In this document: in pieces, positions 1-11,966 of the stretch
Layout: each line of letters starts with the position of its first letter
Position numbering within the stretch: position 1 is the first letter of the stretch
NCBI GenBank assembly: GCA_000091205.1
Contig: AP006502.2
Source: Cyanidioschyzon merolae
Lineage: Eukaryota
Reading direction: 5' to 3' (one strand)
DNA length: 64,000 nt
The notes under the pieces: generated by a model
The model's database searches: none
What the model was told of the DNA's origin: nothing
The model's input: the letters and a program-made list of their open reading frames with translations, nothing else
Program-made: the position numbers and the translations under genes

Positions 1-238
1 GAACCGACACGTCAACGCCGCCGTCAATATCGGAAGAAATGTGGTACTAAAGAAGAGACCCAAGGAGCTGGCGCGAACCAACTTTGTGCGGCGACCTCTT
101 ATAATCGAAGTTCACAAACAGAGGCTTAAGCCGATAGCAGGCGTCGGGTTGAAATATGCTGGGAAGCATCTGCGGGTAGTTGTTAATTTACCCACGGTCG
201 CGACACTTTTTCGCTCCGTCGAGCAGTACCAACGATAG
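1..238 (+). mobile_element. TnpB/Fanzor-like nuclease C-terminal remnant (RuvC-III region), truncated by window start
   Basis: Reading frame from nt 2 gives N-R-H-V-N-A-A-V-N-I-G-R-N-V-V-L-K-K-R-P-K-E-L-A-R-T-N-F-V-R-R-P-L. It is collinear with E-F-V-K-R-D-L-N-A-A-I-N-I-R-R-C-A-L-L-K-T-R-P-A-E-L-T-R-S-K-F-M-G-Q-P-L at 12506-12718 and with the 48845-49219 copy. The catalytic Asp is replaced by His (RH instead of RD). Confidence 0.45.
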
Positions 239-1923
239 AGAAGGCCTAACTCTCCAGACACACTTCATTTTTCAGCAATTGCTCCAGCCTGTACTCTCCG
301 GTGGTAGGGCCTATCGCGCAGCCTTGCGGGTGCAAGGCATTCCTTTGGCACATCGCTGATACGATTTATGTGCGACGACGCTCCTCACAGGAATACAGAA
401 CAGGTTTAAGACGCTTTACGGGCCTCGGCTCGATATCGAGGAATGTTGGAATGCGATTCGAGTCATGCTCGTGGTGGACTGAGTGAGAAGCTCATAGCGC
501 TATTTGCGATAATATTTTTGGAATTCCACAAGTGAGAGACAACGTGGGACTCCTGAGCATGTTGCCGTGAAGCATCGGCAGGCAAGAAAGTTCGACTCCA
601 TACAGTTTAGGCTGAAGTGCACGCCTCCTGGAACATTCATTCATTACATGAAATGTGCATAGATGAACCAGCGAACCAGCGCCTTGAGCTTTCAGTGAGT
701 AAAGTCAAAAACAATGTGGAATTCGCCTGGGTGCTAAGCGGGAGCGTATTTTCTTTTCCCATGATAAACAACTAGAGAACCTTGGTGACAACCTTAAACA
801 TGTGCAATTGACGACAGCCTCCAACAGGCCAGGGTACTCAAGAGAAATACAAGTATCTGTAAAAAAACAAGATCCGATGCACCGGAGCATGAACTGATGA
901 GAAACCTATGCTTAGCCTACTCAAGAAAGTGATGCGGCCCATGCTCGCGGAGGCCTGCGCCCAGCATACTCGATTTCCGACAGCATGATACTAACAAACT
1001 GACTGCAGAACAACAATCCTCACGGTGAGCGTGATTCCATCATAAAGGTCACTGCCTTTCTCCCAGTCGCTCATAATTCAAAATGCCGTCCGAAGCAGCA
1101 TCCACGTAGCGATCAAACGCACGGAAAGATTTGAAGCAAGCGCTGCATGCACTGAACGCATTCCATCAAATTAGTGGGATCGAGTGCTTCGCTCCCAGTT
1201 ATTGCACAAGCAGTAACACGTATTTCACCACGGGGGCATGACCCTGTAACTACCCACAGCTGGGTCACTTTGGCGAGACGCGCACAACTCGCTTTCCATT
1301 GCGCATGCCAGCAGCAGCGATTTGCGATGCTCGCTGCCTCTGGCTCTGGCTCTGCCTCCGCCTCGCGCCATCGCAGCGCGGTGTCCAGCCCAGACCTGGC
1401 AGTGTCCGACGTGAAGCACACACACGTCCAGGTGAACAGACGATAACAGCCAGCAGCTGCGATCTCTGCGGAGCGTGCGTATCGGTCTGAACGAGGATCG
1501 CAAAGCGAGTGCACCAACGTTCTCCAGCGCAAGCCGTGTGCCGACACTGTGGCTGTTCATTCTGTGGCCGTCTACCAGCGAACAATGTGGTGCGGGCGAG
1601 TACGCCACAGGTAGGCCTCCAGCATCCATGCGTGCCGCACTCGGATATCGCCGGAAGCGCTCATGAACCCGCACAGGCCACGTTACTGCGCGCGATCGCT
1701 ACTTCTCGCCCCATCGAGCAGAGTCCCCGTGGCCTGCACTGCGCCAGTGGCAGAGATCGCCACGTTGCCCACTGCACTGCGTAAACCTCGATTCATATGT
1801 GCGTAATCACCCTAGCATCCGTACACGCACAGCAGCGCATCGAACACCGGTCCATCCGCAGGCGCGCCTCGCACGGACCCACTGCGGATGCGTGGCAACC
1901 CGTCCGCAGCGCTCGTGCCCCAT

Positions 1924-4377
1924 TCATGCGATACTACAGGCACTGCGCGCTCGATTTTGGGGCACGCTCGTCGCGGGCTTCCCTTGCGTCTGCGCAGCGG
2001 CATCCGGCTTGGGGTCCCCGAGCACGCCAGCACGCGCATCCACGAGACCTGCCCGCCTGCCGTCGGCTGCAGGTTCCACATCAGCCACCGCATCCCCTGC
2101 GGAAGGCGGAGGTGTCGCAACTGGCCGCGCTCTGCCACTACGATCGCCAAAGCACTGGCATACCCAGTGAAACCGCTTCCGCGCCACAGACTCGAGATTC
2201 CCGCTGCTGCGCAGCTTGGCAGCATCCAGATGCGCGACGCGTTCGCGGAAGCGTCGACGACGTTCGAGCATCTCACGGGTTGCACGCGCCTGCCGCTCGC
2301 GCAGTCGCCACTGCGCGGGAAACGCAGCACGCAGTAACCCGTCAATAGAGGACGCTCGCCGCTCGCGTTGCTCCGTCCGTGCGCACGCATCCGCAGGAGA
2401 CAGCGCATCGCGCTCGGCGCTCGACACGCATTCCTCGGGCGATGCCGATGCGTGCCTCGCGGCCTGCACCGCTGACGTGTCCGCTGTTTCGCAGCAGTGT
2501 CGGCGATACAGACCCGGCTGACACAACGGGCACGAGAGCGTAGCGCCTTGTAGCTCTGCGGAAAAGCGTGCCTCTTGGATGCAGACCTCGCAGAAACGAT
2601 GTCTGCAGGGGAGCTCGACGGTCTCAAAAAGCATATCCAGGCATATTGGGCACAAAAAGTGCATAGGAACGGATCGCGCAGCTCGGAGAAAAGCTTCGGC
2701 CGTCACCGCCGGTCCAGAGGCAGCCACGTTCGCCAGATAGAAGCGTGTCGCAACCTCGTATGGCGACGATGGATCTGTAGTCGGGTTGTAGGCCGCCAGC
2801 TGCGACTCGAGTTGGCGGGCTAAGAGGCGGCACTCCTCTGCGAAAGGTCGCACACGCCCGCCGGGCGGCAAAGCTGGTAGATGCGCTGAGGGAGCATGCA
2901 AAGAGTACTCACCTGGCGGAGGCACATCGTCCAAAACGTGCCGCAACAGCGTGAGCGCGCCTAACGTGCGCTGATCGCCATCGACGCCCCGACCTGGGGC
3001 ACATGCCGCCGCAGTATGCAGCTGCCCGGTAGGGGCACCACCCAGCGCCGCATCATCCCCGGTCGCAGCTGGTGTTAGGCTTTCTAAGATGCGGTGCAGC
3101 GCCAGAACTGCGCAATCCTTACGGTGGCGTAGATCGGCGAGAAAGCCCAACCGTCTTTGGTCGCACACAAAAGGTTGCTGCACCAGGAATCTGCGAAGGC
3201 GCGTAACCAGCACCAGCGGCGGTGCCTCTTCAGAGGGATCCAGCGCTAGGGCCGAGCTCAGCGACCCGCACATGGCCAACCGTACAGCACGCTCGAGTTT
3301 TGCATCCTGAATAGCGTTCGGGGCGGCGTTGCCAACGCCGCGGGTACCGCCTCGCCGCTTATCAACGCCATCGGCGTCGCTCCTACCGCCGCTGCCGGCC
3401 GGCGTCGCTGACGTCGTCGTCGTGGAGCTCTGCTCGCTCTCACTCTGGCCTGCGCCTTCGAGCGCGTCTTCGCGCACATCCGCAACATCCCAACCATGCC
3501 AGCCGCGAGCCGCCGCTTCGTCCGATGCGATCAGAGCCAACGCCTTGGTGAACTTTTTCAAAATCTTTCCAATGGCAACCTGGGCAATCTGCAAGCACAC
3601 TAGAACCTGCTCCGCCTCCGCGCCCAGCTCCAGCGCGCCACGCACGCTGCTAGATGCTCCCTGTTGGCGCAGCACATCCAGGCGGCACTGCAAGTCAGCT
3701 GTGCGCTCTTCGAAAACTCTTCGAAACGCCCCAATTTCTCGGATAATGGAGTCGAAAAAGACCCAAACCGCATCAAACACCTGCTCGAGGTCACTGGGGA
3801 TCCGACTCAGCTGCAGATTATTGCCCAGCAGCTTCAAATAGCGGGAGCGTCTGCCCAGCGCCTCTGGGGGCACTGATGTCCGATGATGAGCCCTTGGTGC
3901 GTGCTCGTCCATGGTTGCGCGTATGCACCGGACAGCGGCCTTTCCCGCCTTGTACATGGCGTACAGAGCGCGGTATCGATCACCGAGCTCAGAGCGCAGG
4001 TCCGGGAGCTGCGACGCTGGTGCTCGTGGTCCCATCACAGCAGCATCCGGCAGCGGGTCAGCTTCCGGGGTGGTGTCTTCCGCTGGCACCGGTGAAAGCG
4101 AGCGCTGCGAGCTGCCGCGGCCACCACCGGCCCCCGACGAGGCTGAAGTCTCGTAGCCAGCTGAGGAGTCACGGCCGGCATTCTCGGCTACGTCGCACAC
4201 GACCTCAGGCTCGACTTGTCGGTGCCAGTCGGACGCGCGGCTCTTCGGCGCCGTTCCAGGTGCAGGGCGCTCCCGAGCGTCGGGCGCAGTGCCGTCCGGG
4301 CCCACCTGATCCGCTGCCCCGAAAACCTCGTAAAACGCCCGAAGACGGTGACCGTATTTCATGGCTGTGGGCAGCAC
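1924..4377 (-). CDS. SPX-domain RING-finger protein (E3 ubiquitin-ligase-like, NLA-type architecture)
   Basis: 817-aa ORF. The N-terminus MKYGHRLRAFYEVF resembles the SPX-domain start (MKFGK). The C-terminal C3HC4 RING is CPICLDMLFETVELPCRHRFCEVCI...CPLC. The central region is Ser/Ala/Gly-rich and low-complexity. Confidence 0.55.
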   Translation of the reverse strand: MLPTAMKYGHRLRAFYEVFGAADQVGPDGTAPDARERPAPGTAPKSRASDWHRQVEPEVVCDVAENAGRDSSAGYETSASSGAGGGRGSSQRSLSPVPAEDTTPEADPLPDAAVMGPRAPASQLPDLRSELGDRYRALYAMYKAGKAAVRCIRATMDEHAPRAHHRTSVPPEALGRRSRYLKLLGNNLQLSRIPSDLEQVFDAVWVFFDSIIREIGAFRRVFEERTADLQCRLDVLRQQGASSSVRGALELGAEAEQVLVCLQIAQVAIGKILKKFTKALALIASDEAAARGWHGWDVADVREDALEGAGQSESEQSSTTTTSATPAGSGGRSDADGVDKRRGGTRGVGNAAPNAIQDAKLERAVRLAMCGSLSSALALDPSEEAPPLVLVTRLRRFLVQQPFVCDQRRLGFLADLRHRKDCAVLALHRILESLTPAATGDDAALGGAPTGQLHTAAACAPGRGVDGDQRTLGALTLLRHVLDDVPPPGEYSLHAPSAHLPALPPGGRVRPFAEECRLLARQLESQLAAYNPTTDPSSPYEVATRFYLANVAASGPAVTAEAFLRAARSVPMHFLCPICLDMLFETVELPCRHRFCEVCIQEARFSAELQGATLSCPLCQPGLYRRHCCETADTSAVQAARHASASPEECVSSAERDALSPADACARTEQRERRASSIDGLLRAAFPAQWRLRERQARATREMLERRRRFRERVAHLDAAKLRSSGNLESVARKRFHWVCQCFGDRSGRARPVATPPPSAGDAVADVEPAADGRRAGLVDARAGVLGDPKPDAAAQTQGKPATSVPQNRARSACSIA

Positions 4378-5856
4378 TAGCGCGACGCAAACAGTGCAGG
4401 CAACAGCTGCTGCAGCGAGCTAGAGCACTCGCGACTGCGCATCGAGGTAGCCCCAACCTAGAAAACCGCACAGAACGTCGCGCCACACACACTGAGCCAG
4501 AGAAAACGCAGCCTCAGAGCTGTACCGCCCTGTGTCCGCACACCAGCTGCTAGGTCCGCTGCAGCGCGTTGCCCCGCGCCTTACCGTAGCCGTCCGATAA
4601 ACGCGCTCGCCGCCAGACGCGCACAAGAAGCCCAAGTCCTCAAGGTGCCGACGTGCGCTTCGCGCTGCTGCTCTGTCTGATTGTTCGCACCGGATACCGG
4701 TGTCAACACTAGCGCTTCGCAATATACCTCCGTGTGAAGACGAACAGCTCCCGACAACTCGCCTCGACTAGCAGTCCAACGTCCACACACATCCAATACA
4801 CTTCACCGCACACAGGTACAGTAATTGGTACGCGTACGTGTCGCGTCTCCCGCCGTGCTCCCCTCGAGGGCAGCGCTTGCATGCGCGCGCTACCGCACGA
4901 TGGACGCGATGCGTTCCTGATCTGCTAGCGTTGCGTCTTGCAGAACGGCTGGCTCACAGCTGGTGGCGAGTCTCGCCACGCAGTGCGATGGGATCCAGGA
5001 GATGCGCATCCGGTGCGCTCGCGTTCTCGAGCGCTGCCGCCTCGGAACGCCGAACCGGGACACACACATCGACTGCGCACGCATTGGAATATTGGTGTAG
5101 GGAACTCTCGTGCGTGTATGCGCATGCAAGAGGCGGTGCCCCGCCGTGGCTATTCATTTACCCTGTCGATGGAAATGCTTTTTTCCGAATGCAGATTTTT
5201 TGTCGGTAATGCACGATAGTGACGCGTGCTGCTTCCCGATTGGATTCGTCGTGACTGCATACCGCGGTGATAAGAAAGTGATGGTGTAGGTATGGAACGT
5301 ACGCGGAGCGCTCTGATGCAACAAAACCTAATTTCATCCACAGGATAGCCGTGATAGATGTCCGGCCTGTAATGGACTGTACCAATGTTTTGTTGCGGGC
5401 ACAGAAGGAGCACTGTGTAGAGTCTCTATGCGAAAGGGTTTCAGTTTTCTCTGGCAGGTTCCAAAGAATTCGGGAGTTTTTGATAAGGTAAACGATCGCG
5501 ATTTGAGATCATCGCAGTCAGTTGGCAGACACCGCACAATGTCAAGCGTATTTCAGAACCGATGCGAAAATCTTCGGAAGATCACTGTACGTCCAGGAGT
5601 CCAGCGCCCTCAAACTAATGTTTTCTGCGGCCCGATCTGCGCTGACAGAGTCTCTTCTCTCAAACGTGCGTGAATGCAAATGCTTCATGCGCAATGCTGT
5701 TTCGGTCAGTATTCTACGCCAAGTTTCCGTGATTCCAATGCTATTACACGATCTTGTTCCCCGAAATTGGCAACAGAATTATCGCATTTACAGTAACTGA
5801 ACATAATCCTGCTCAATATACCCAACTAACTCCCTTGAAAGCATGCAAACGCACTC

Positions 5857-7211
5857 TCACTTGATGACTAAAAACTCTTGTTCGGCAATATTGAATTTGA
5901 TCGCGGCATCCTGCGATTCGCTTTGGGTATGAAGCAGGCGTGATAAAAGCTCATCACCAAGCACTGCGCCACATGTGAAGCAACCGGCCTTCTCCCGTAG
6001 AGCTGGTCTCGCCACAATTAGGCAGCGCGCCGTCTCAACAGCAAGTACAGCTGTGGCCTCGTACATCTCTATCGTGTTGCAGATCGCATGAACACGAACT
6101 CTGGCCTGACGATTGCTTTCTACCAAGCTCACCAACGCCTCAGCAAAGAAATGCACTTCCGCTCTAGTGTGCTTCCGAACTTCTTCGTCAGGCCCATAGC
6201 CGTCTGGTTTCCAGTACTTCAGAATCCTCCGACCGGCACGGCCTGCTTTAGAAAGGGCAAAAACAGTCATCGCCTGGAAGGAAAGTCTAAGCAATGCAGT
6301 TCTCGAGTCCAGAAGGACATAGTGACAGTATCGAGCTATTTTGGCAGACTGCGGATTCTGTCGTCCGAGCTGGCGTGCAGTAGCACGCACAACAAGAGGA
6401 TCTGAGCTCTGCAACGGCAGGGCGTAACCCTCAAGCTCGCCTCTCTTCATGTAATGCAGCCTGGGTTTGATGGGAACAGGCCTATTCTCTTGAAGATGGG
6501 TTTCATTAGCAACGCTCGACTGCGCAAAACGTTGCGATTTTCTCCGACGGTAGCTTGCCATATCCTTCAACGATTCCAAAATAGTGTAGAATGTCCCAGC
6601 ACTGACCCCATGGAGTGATCCTTGCGAAAGCGTACTCTGGCCAATGAAATGAATCAAGCATTCGATGCTTACAAGGGATTCAGCAGTGGGCGTCGCCACC
6701 TCGTGGGCATGCTTTTCCAGCAAATTGCTTACGTGTTTGAGAGAAAAAAGCACACCGAGGTCAGCGGGCACAGAATCAAAACCGCATGCTGGAATGACAA
6801 GCACCCCTGCCTCGACGGCGGATGAAAATACGTCGTTGCCCTCACTGTATGGAATACCAAGCTGGTCGATGAAGTTTGGCTCCCCCGTGATATCCACATA
6901 GTCCGCTCCCCCTTGTATACAGGAACGAACGACGTTAAGGCCAGACAGCGAGAAAGGACCTGCACAATTTAAGAGCACTTTTGTTCTTCTGGCCAGAGCA
7001 CTAGCCCCGAAGTGTCGCTCGAGTCCACACTGAAAATCTTGCACTTGCTGTCCAAGCTCTGGCGGAGAGCTTCCAGTTTTCTCAGGTTGCGTCCCGCAAG
7101 CGCTACTTTATCTTCACTTAAATGTTTGAGGGCATACTTCGCAACAAGCGTACCGGTAAAACCGGAAGCCCCGTAAACAATGATGTCAAACTCTCTCTCG
7201 ACTTGCGACAT
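5857..7211 (-). CDS. saccharopine dehydrogenase-like oxidoreductase (NAD-binding); single frameshift in a G-run near 7005
   Basis: ORF 6969-7211 gives the N-terminus MSQVEREFDIIVYGASGFTGTLVAKY...LAGRNLRKLEAL...VDSSDTSG. ORF 5857-7044 continues in the -1 frame with ALARRTKVLLNCAGPF...ADYVDITGEPNFID. A single extra G in the gggg run would join the two frames into the canonical SDH order. Confidence 0.6.
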
Positions 7212-7461
7212 GCCTCAAAAGTGCACCACGATTCCAGAACGCTGCAATAAATGCACTTAGAGGCGGGTCGAGGGGCGTGCGCAGCAAAAGGTACAAGCTC
7301 GGCAGATTTGTTGGCGTAGCGCACTAGACTACCCACTCCTAAGCAATAAAGCTGTTTGTTCTTTATGCGGCCGTAAAAATTCCGCAGCTTGTCGCAGAAG
7401 CCCTAAATCACTCACACGGGCCTCGGAAAACAAAAGTGCTTCCAGGAACTTTGGCTCCAAC

Positions 7462-9087
7462 ATGGAACCCGTTTGCCTCAGCTCTGGGCAACTGATTTCA
7501 GCCAGTGGTGCTTTCCTCGCAGCGCCGGGAACCAACGACGATTTCAAAGCTGAATCCTCTACAGGTACGCTCGCAGAGGACTTGCCTTTCGTTTGTGCAA
7601 TAATTGGGGCGCAGGGGAGCGGCAAGTCGACGCTTTTGAACGATCTGTTTCACACAGACTTCCCAGTCCTGGACGCCTCGAGGACCGGGCCCCGGCGCAC
7701 TACTGAAGGGATCTTTTATGCTTTGTTGCACCTCCAGGAACGCGGCAATTCGCTTCTGATTTTTGATGTGGAAGGATTAGACAGCAAAGAACGCGGATCT
7801 ACTGGTCGACACTTCGAATACAACGTGGCATTCTTTGTTGCCTACACTGCAGATATTGTGATTCTGAACGTGTTCAGTCATGATATTGGGAGGCAAAATG
7901 CCGCCACTTTTCATGCGCTAGTCACTGTTTTGAGGGAAAAATTCAAACTGGTCGAATCCAGTCATAAAAAAGACCGCACGCTTCTACTTGTCGCGATTCG
8001 AGACTTCGATGAGGTCGACGCACCCATAGATGATCTGAAACAAGCGCTCGAAGATGATTTTCACGCTCTTTGGCCCAGTGTTGTACAAGGCAGTGACATT
8101 AAGATGGAAGAACTTTATGATATTCAGTTCTACGGTCTCCCGAGCAAATTGTTTGAAATCGCTAGATTTGAGGAGAAAGTAGATCACATGCGAAAGAGCA
8201 TAATGGATCGATGGCTTCGCACGTCGGGTGGCCTATCCTCGTCATCATCTTTCCTCATGCTTTTCAAAGAGCTGTGGACGGAGATCTCTAATCGGACTTC
8301 TAGTCCTGAGCCATTGTGCATATCCGCAACGGCTTCACTGGTTGAGCTCCTGATTGACCTGCATTGCACGAGAATCATTCAGTACGTAATGGGAGGAGCG
8401 CGCGAGAAAGTACATCGGGCGCTCTCATCTATTCTCGAAAATTTTAGCGATGAAATATCTGTCGCTTCTCTCGCGCTTGAAATTCATGATGAGAGCATTC
8501 TCAAGTACCGCTGGATGGCTAGACACTATGTCCATTCTCCCACCTTTAGCCGGAAAGAAACGGAGCTGCATGGATTGCTGTGGTCACAGCCAGATGGGGA
8601 TCTTGCAAATCTCGTTCGGCAGTACTGGTTTGTCGTCACTGAAAATCGATGCAGGGACTTTGAAGCAGATTTCGCCTCCATTCTTGGAGGCACAGCCGAC
8701 TTTGAGCAGCAAACGCAGCAGCTACGCGGAAAATGGGCCTCTTCGTTGGCAGATTTCTTGCGTGAGGAGTCGCAAAAGCTTAATTCCCTGATGCCAGAGG
8801 TGCAGACGCTCCAGCATACTTGCATGGAGCGCTTCGAGAATCATGTCGGAAGCTGCATAGACGAGAGACGACGCCAGGGAGCTGTGATGTTGCCTACCCT
8901 GGATGGAAATTGGAGGCAATATGGAAAACCTGCTTCCAAAAAGGGAATCTTGCAAAAAATGCGACCCGTCCTGCTGCGCATTCTGGTCATTTACTTGAAT
9001 TACCTGCAGGCGAAGCAACGCATGAAGAGCATCCAATCCCGCAAACGCCGGTGCGACTTGAATATGCCTTTGGGCCCAACGTTCTAG
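7462..9087 (+). CDS. RHD3/Sey1-type dynamin-like GTPase (GB1/RHD3 G domain), possibly 3'-incomplete
   Basis: P-loop AIIGAQGSGKSTLLNDLFHTDFPVLDA...TTEGI...IFDVEGLDSKERG...NVFSHDIGRQNAATFHALV matches the RHD3/Sey1 G domain. The 541-aa ORF lacks the C-terminal TM hairpin, so a downstream exon is possible. Confidence 0.55.
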   Translation: MEPVCLSSGQLISASGAFLAAPGTNDDFKAESSTGTLAEDLPFVCAIIGAQGSGKSTLLNDLFHTDFPVLDASRTGPRRTTEGIFYALLHLQERGNSLLIFDVEGLDSKERGSTGRHFEYNVAFFVAYTADIVILNVFSHDIGRQNAATFHALVTVLREKFKLVESSHKKDRTLLLVAIRDFDEVDAPIDDLKQALEDDFHALWPSVVQGSDIKMEELYDIQFYGLPSKLFEIARFEEKVDHMRKSIMDRWLRTSGGLSSSSSFLMLFKELWTEISNRTSSPEPLCISATASLVELLIDLHCTRIIQYVMGGAREKVHRALSSILENFSDEISVASLALEIHDESILKYRWMARHYVHSPTFSRKETELHGLLWSQPDGDLANLVRQYWFVVTENRCRDFEADFASILGGTADFEQQTQQLRGKWASSLADFLREESQKLNSLMPEVQTLQHTCMERFENHVGSCIDERRRQGAVMLPTLDGNWRQYGKPASKKGILQKMRPVLLRILVIYLNYLQAKQRMKSIQSRKRRCDLNMPLGPTF

Positions 9088-9576
9088 TTTGAGTGGTTGC
9101 TCACACAGACGGGATCCACACGGGGTATTTCGAAAGAGGTTGCTGTCACCCGCGTTCACTAAACAGGATGCAGTGCACAGGACCTGAAAGTTTTGCATCG
9201 ACCAAGATGAACAAGCATCTTATCTGTTGATATCGCTGCATGCTGGAGGTCTCGCGAGCTTGCAGCATCGAACCAAATGGCACTGACAAAATGAGCCGAA
9301 TGTCGATATGCTCGACTGCTGAATACCTAAGGCCGTAAGCAAACTTTGGAGCTCGATGGTATCGATTGCATTATTTCTTTGCTTTTCCGTCAATAGAGCT
9401 CCAGTTTATTTGCGTGCGGGATACAAACATAGAGTGGGTCCGGAGCAGAATTTCTAGAAGACCCGTATATGGTCCGTAGCGCAATTACCTGGAAGCGCTT
9501 CCTGTGAAAGTGATGAGTCCTTTTTGCTGATGATGGTTACGTGATTCCGAGCAACATATCCATATGAGATTTCTGA

Positions 9577-9885
9577 TCACAGGAAGGTTCCTGTATGACG
9601 CAAAAGCGGACTCACGAGAAATACCGTGTCGCCGCGGACGTAAACCAGCTGAAGCTTGCGTCTCTCCTGTCTCACGATCTGCTCGTAAGTCTCCTCATCA
9701 AGTTCAGCTTTTTGTAGCGTTTCCTCGGCATCGCTTATAATAAGGTTCAGGTGCTGATCGTACGCGTGTAGAGTCCCAACGAGTTCTCGATCACCTTTCA
9801 GTTTAACGAACACCCTTTCGTCAAGGGCTATCCGAAGCAGCTCCACGGGCTCCTCTAATTGCCCTTTTCCGACAGTGAACGACAT
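9577..9885 (-). CDS. LSM3: U6 snRNA-associated Sm-like protein LSm3
   Basis: From the internal Met, [93 protein letters not shown] is collinear with LSm3 ([45 protein letters not shown]...EIDEETYEEI...FVRGDGVVLV). Confidence 0.8.
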   Translation of the reverse strand: [102 protein letters not shown]

Positions 9886-11966
9886 GGCACGCTTCCAGCG
9901 CAACAGAGAACCGCCCGCGTATTGACTGCTACGAAGTTCTTTGGCCGTGGAACGCCCGCGGTACTTAAACACAATTTGGCCCCACCGCTGCGTGGAATCG
10001 AGTGCTTGTCCAAAGCGAGGAGCAAGCGATCGAAATTATTATGCAACGTACACTAAAGATCTTAGGCGAGATCCCTGTAACATAGGTTCTTTATTGGATA
10101 GCGAAGGAGGACTGCATTCCTCCTTCTGGTAAGTCATACGACAGTACTCGGATAGCTGAGGAACCCTGAAAGAGAAAAATACGTGCGCTCAGCGCCAAAA
10201 ACCGGATTCTCATAAACAGTTTTGGTTTTACAGTAGAAAACGACCCGTTGATCACAGTGCACAAAGCAAAAGTGACGACGGTAGCCACCAGGGGCGTCTC
10301 TTTTTCTCGACAGCTTGTTCATATAGTTCTGCAAGCACTAGGATATGGTCGCAAAAAGGGTCCAATTTCATGCACGGCCATCTTCCACTGAAATCGCAAG
10401 TACAGATTTCCTGGAACGAAGCGATTGGTTTGAAGCACGGAGAAGTCGCTTTGTTTTTTCAGTCGATTAGACGTCCTTCCGATGAAATGGTCGAAGCCAA
10501 GGTAGGTTCTCGCGGAGCAGAGAACACGTTCTATGTACAATAGATCTCGAGGAGAACGAAGACGTCATCATCGGTTCTAGCTGCAGTGGAGTCATTTGGC
10601 GGCCTCAGTTTCGCTCGCAGAGAATGCTCGTCCACGAGTGCCGACTTTATCGAATCGTTGAAGACTTTTTCCCTGATGTCTGACAATGCCCTTCTGTTTG
10701 AAAATGCGATATTTCACCATTCCCTTTGTGTTCGACGTTTTCCAGACTCTATCGGGGAGTAGAACTGCTTCTCATACCTCCGAAAGCTCAGTGTTTCAAC
10801 CGCATCGAAAGAGTGTTTGCTATCGTGATATGTAATGATCGCTCCTCTGAGAGAATCCCTGAAGTACTTTGCACGGTGACACCAGGACATGCGTCGTTGT
10901 TGTTCCGCAAGTGCTTCTCCCTCTGAAAAGATCCTCATCTATGGGCAAAAAGAAGTGAGTTCATTTTCAAAAATAGAAAAATGAAGGAAAGTTATGGATA
11001 TGTAAGTCGAAGATACTGGAGGCCCGGCGTTGCCGGGATCCAACAAACGAAAAGAGTGCCGAGCCCAGAGGAACAGGAAAAGACGAAGAAGCAAAAGGGG
11101 CGCTAGATGTCGAGAGCGACACGATAGGGGACACTACGACGAGATTGTACTGAAAGCCTATCTTGTACGCCATATCAAGGATTCGCACTATCAAAAATTA
11201 AAAAAGCCATCAGAAACCGTAGCCCGTCCAACTCCAGATTCGTCGACGAAGAGACATCACCCAGGAGCACGAATGGAGATTCTGTGATCCGTGCTGTTCT
11301 GGGGCTTATCAACCCAACAGAAAATGTATCAGAGATATAAAATGGTGCTATCCCCTCATCCTGCTCTATTTCGTGTTCCTGAACCGAGAACTACAACGCA
11401 AGAAGGAGATGGAGCCGTGTGGGAAAAAATCAAGAGTCGTTGGAACGGAAGGCTTTCCTAATGGATAAGCGCTTCAACGTCGTTCCGTTATGCAACATCA
11501 AGTGGCACGTTGTGGCAACCATCGCAAGCGTCCTTTACGGCATCATGGAGATCTGTCCGGAGTTCGATGTAAGCAGGGATGAATTTACGGGTGAAAACAG
11601 GGAAACTCTTTGGAAGCGCACCTTCGATTTCAAACGTCTCAACACGAGCAAGTGAAAGGTATGCTCGGGGACGATCGAAAGCGATGGGGTATCTAAATGT
11701 GGACACTATTGGCACTTTAAATTGGATCGTTCTATTTTGTCTTCGGCTTCGCCCCCGCCGAAACGTGAAGACACAAGGAGATGGATCCTGCAACGCAGGA
11801 GGTGCAGGAGAACGACTTTGTCATCGGCGTGGAGCCCTGAAATACGAATGTCATGACCATCGCTGCTCCCATGCGTGAGGAAGATGGCACTGACGGCAAC
11901 TTACGACAAAAAGACATCCGTCTTTTAAAGTTCTCAAGAACGAGATATTATTGAGAATCGGGAATT

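Noticed and set aside
1113-2650. Many overlapping 60-270-aa ORFs on both strands as separate genes
   Set aside because: The region is GC-rich, so long ORFs appear in all six frames by composition alone. None shows a recognisable motif. The region overlaps the 3' part and flank of the SPX-RING gene, so these are most likely spurious.
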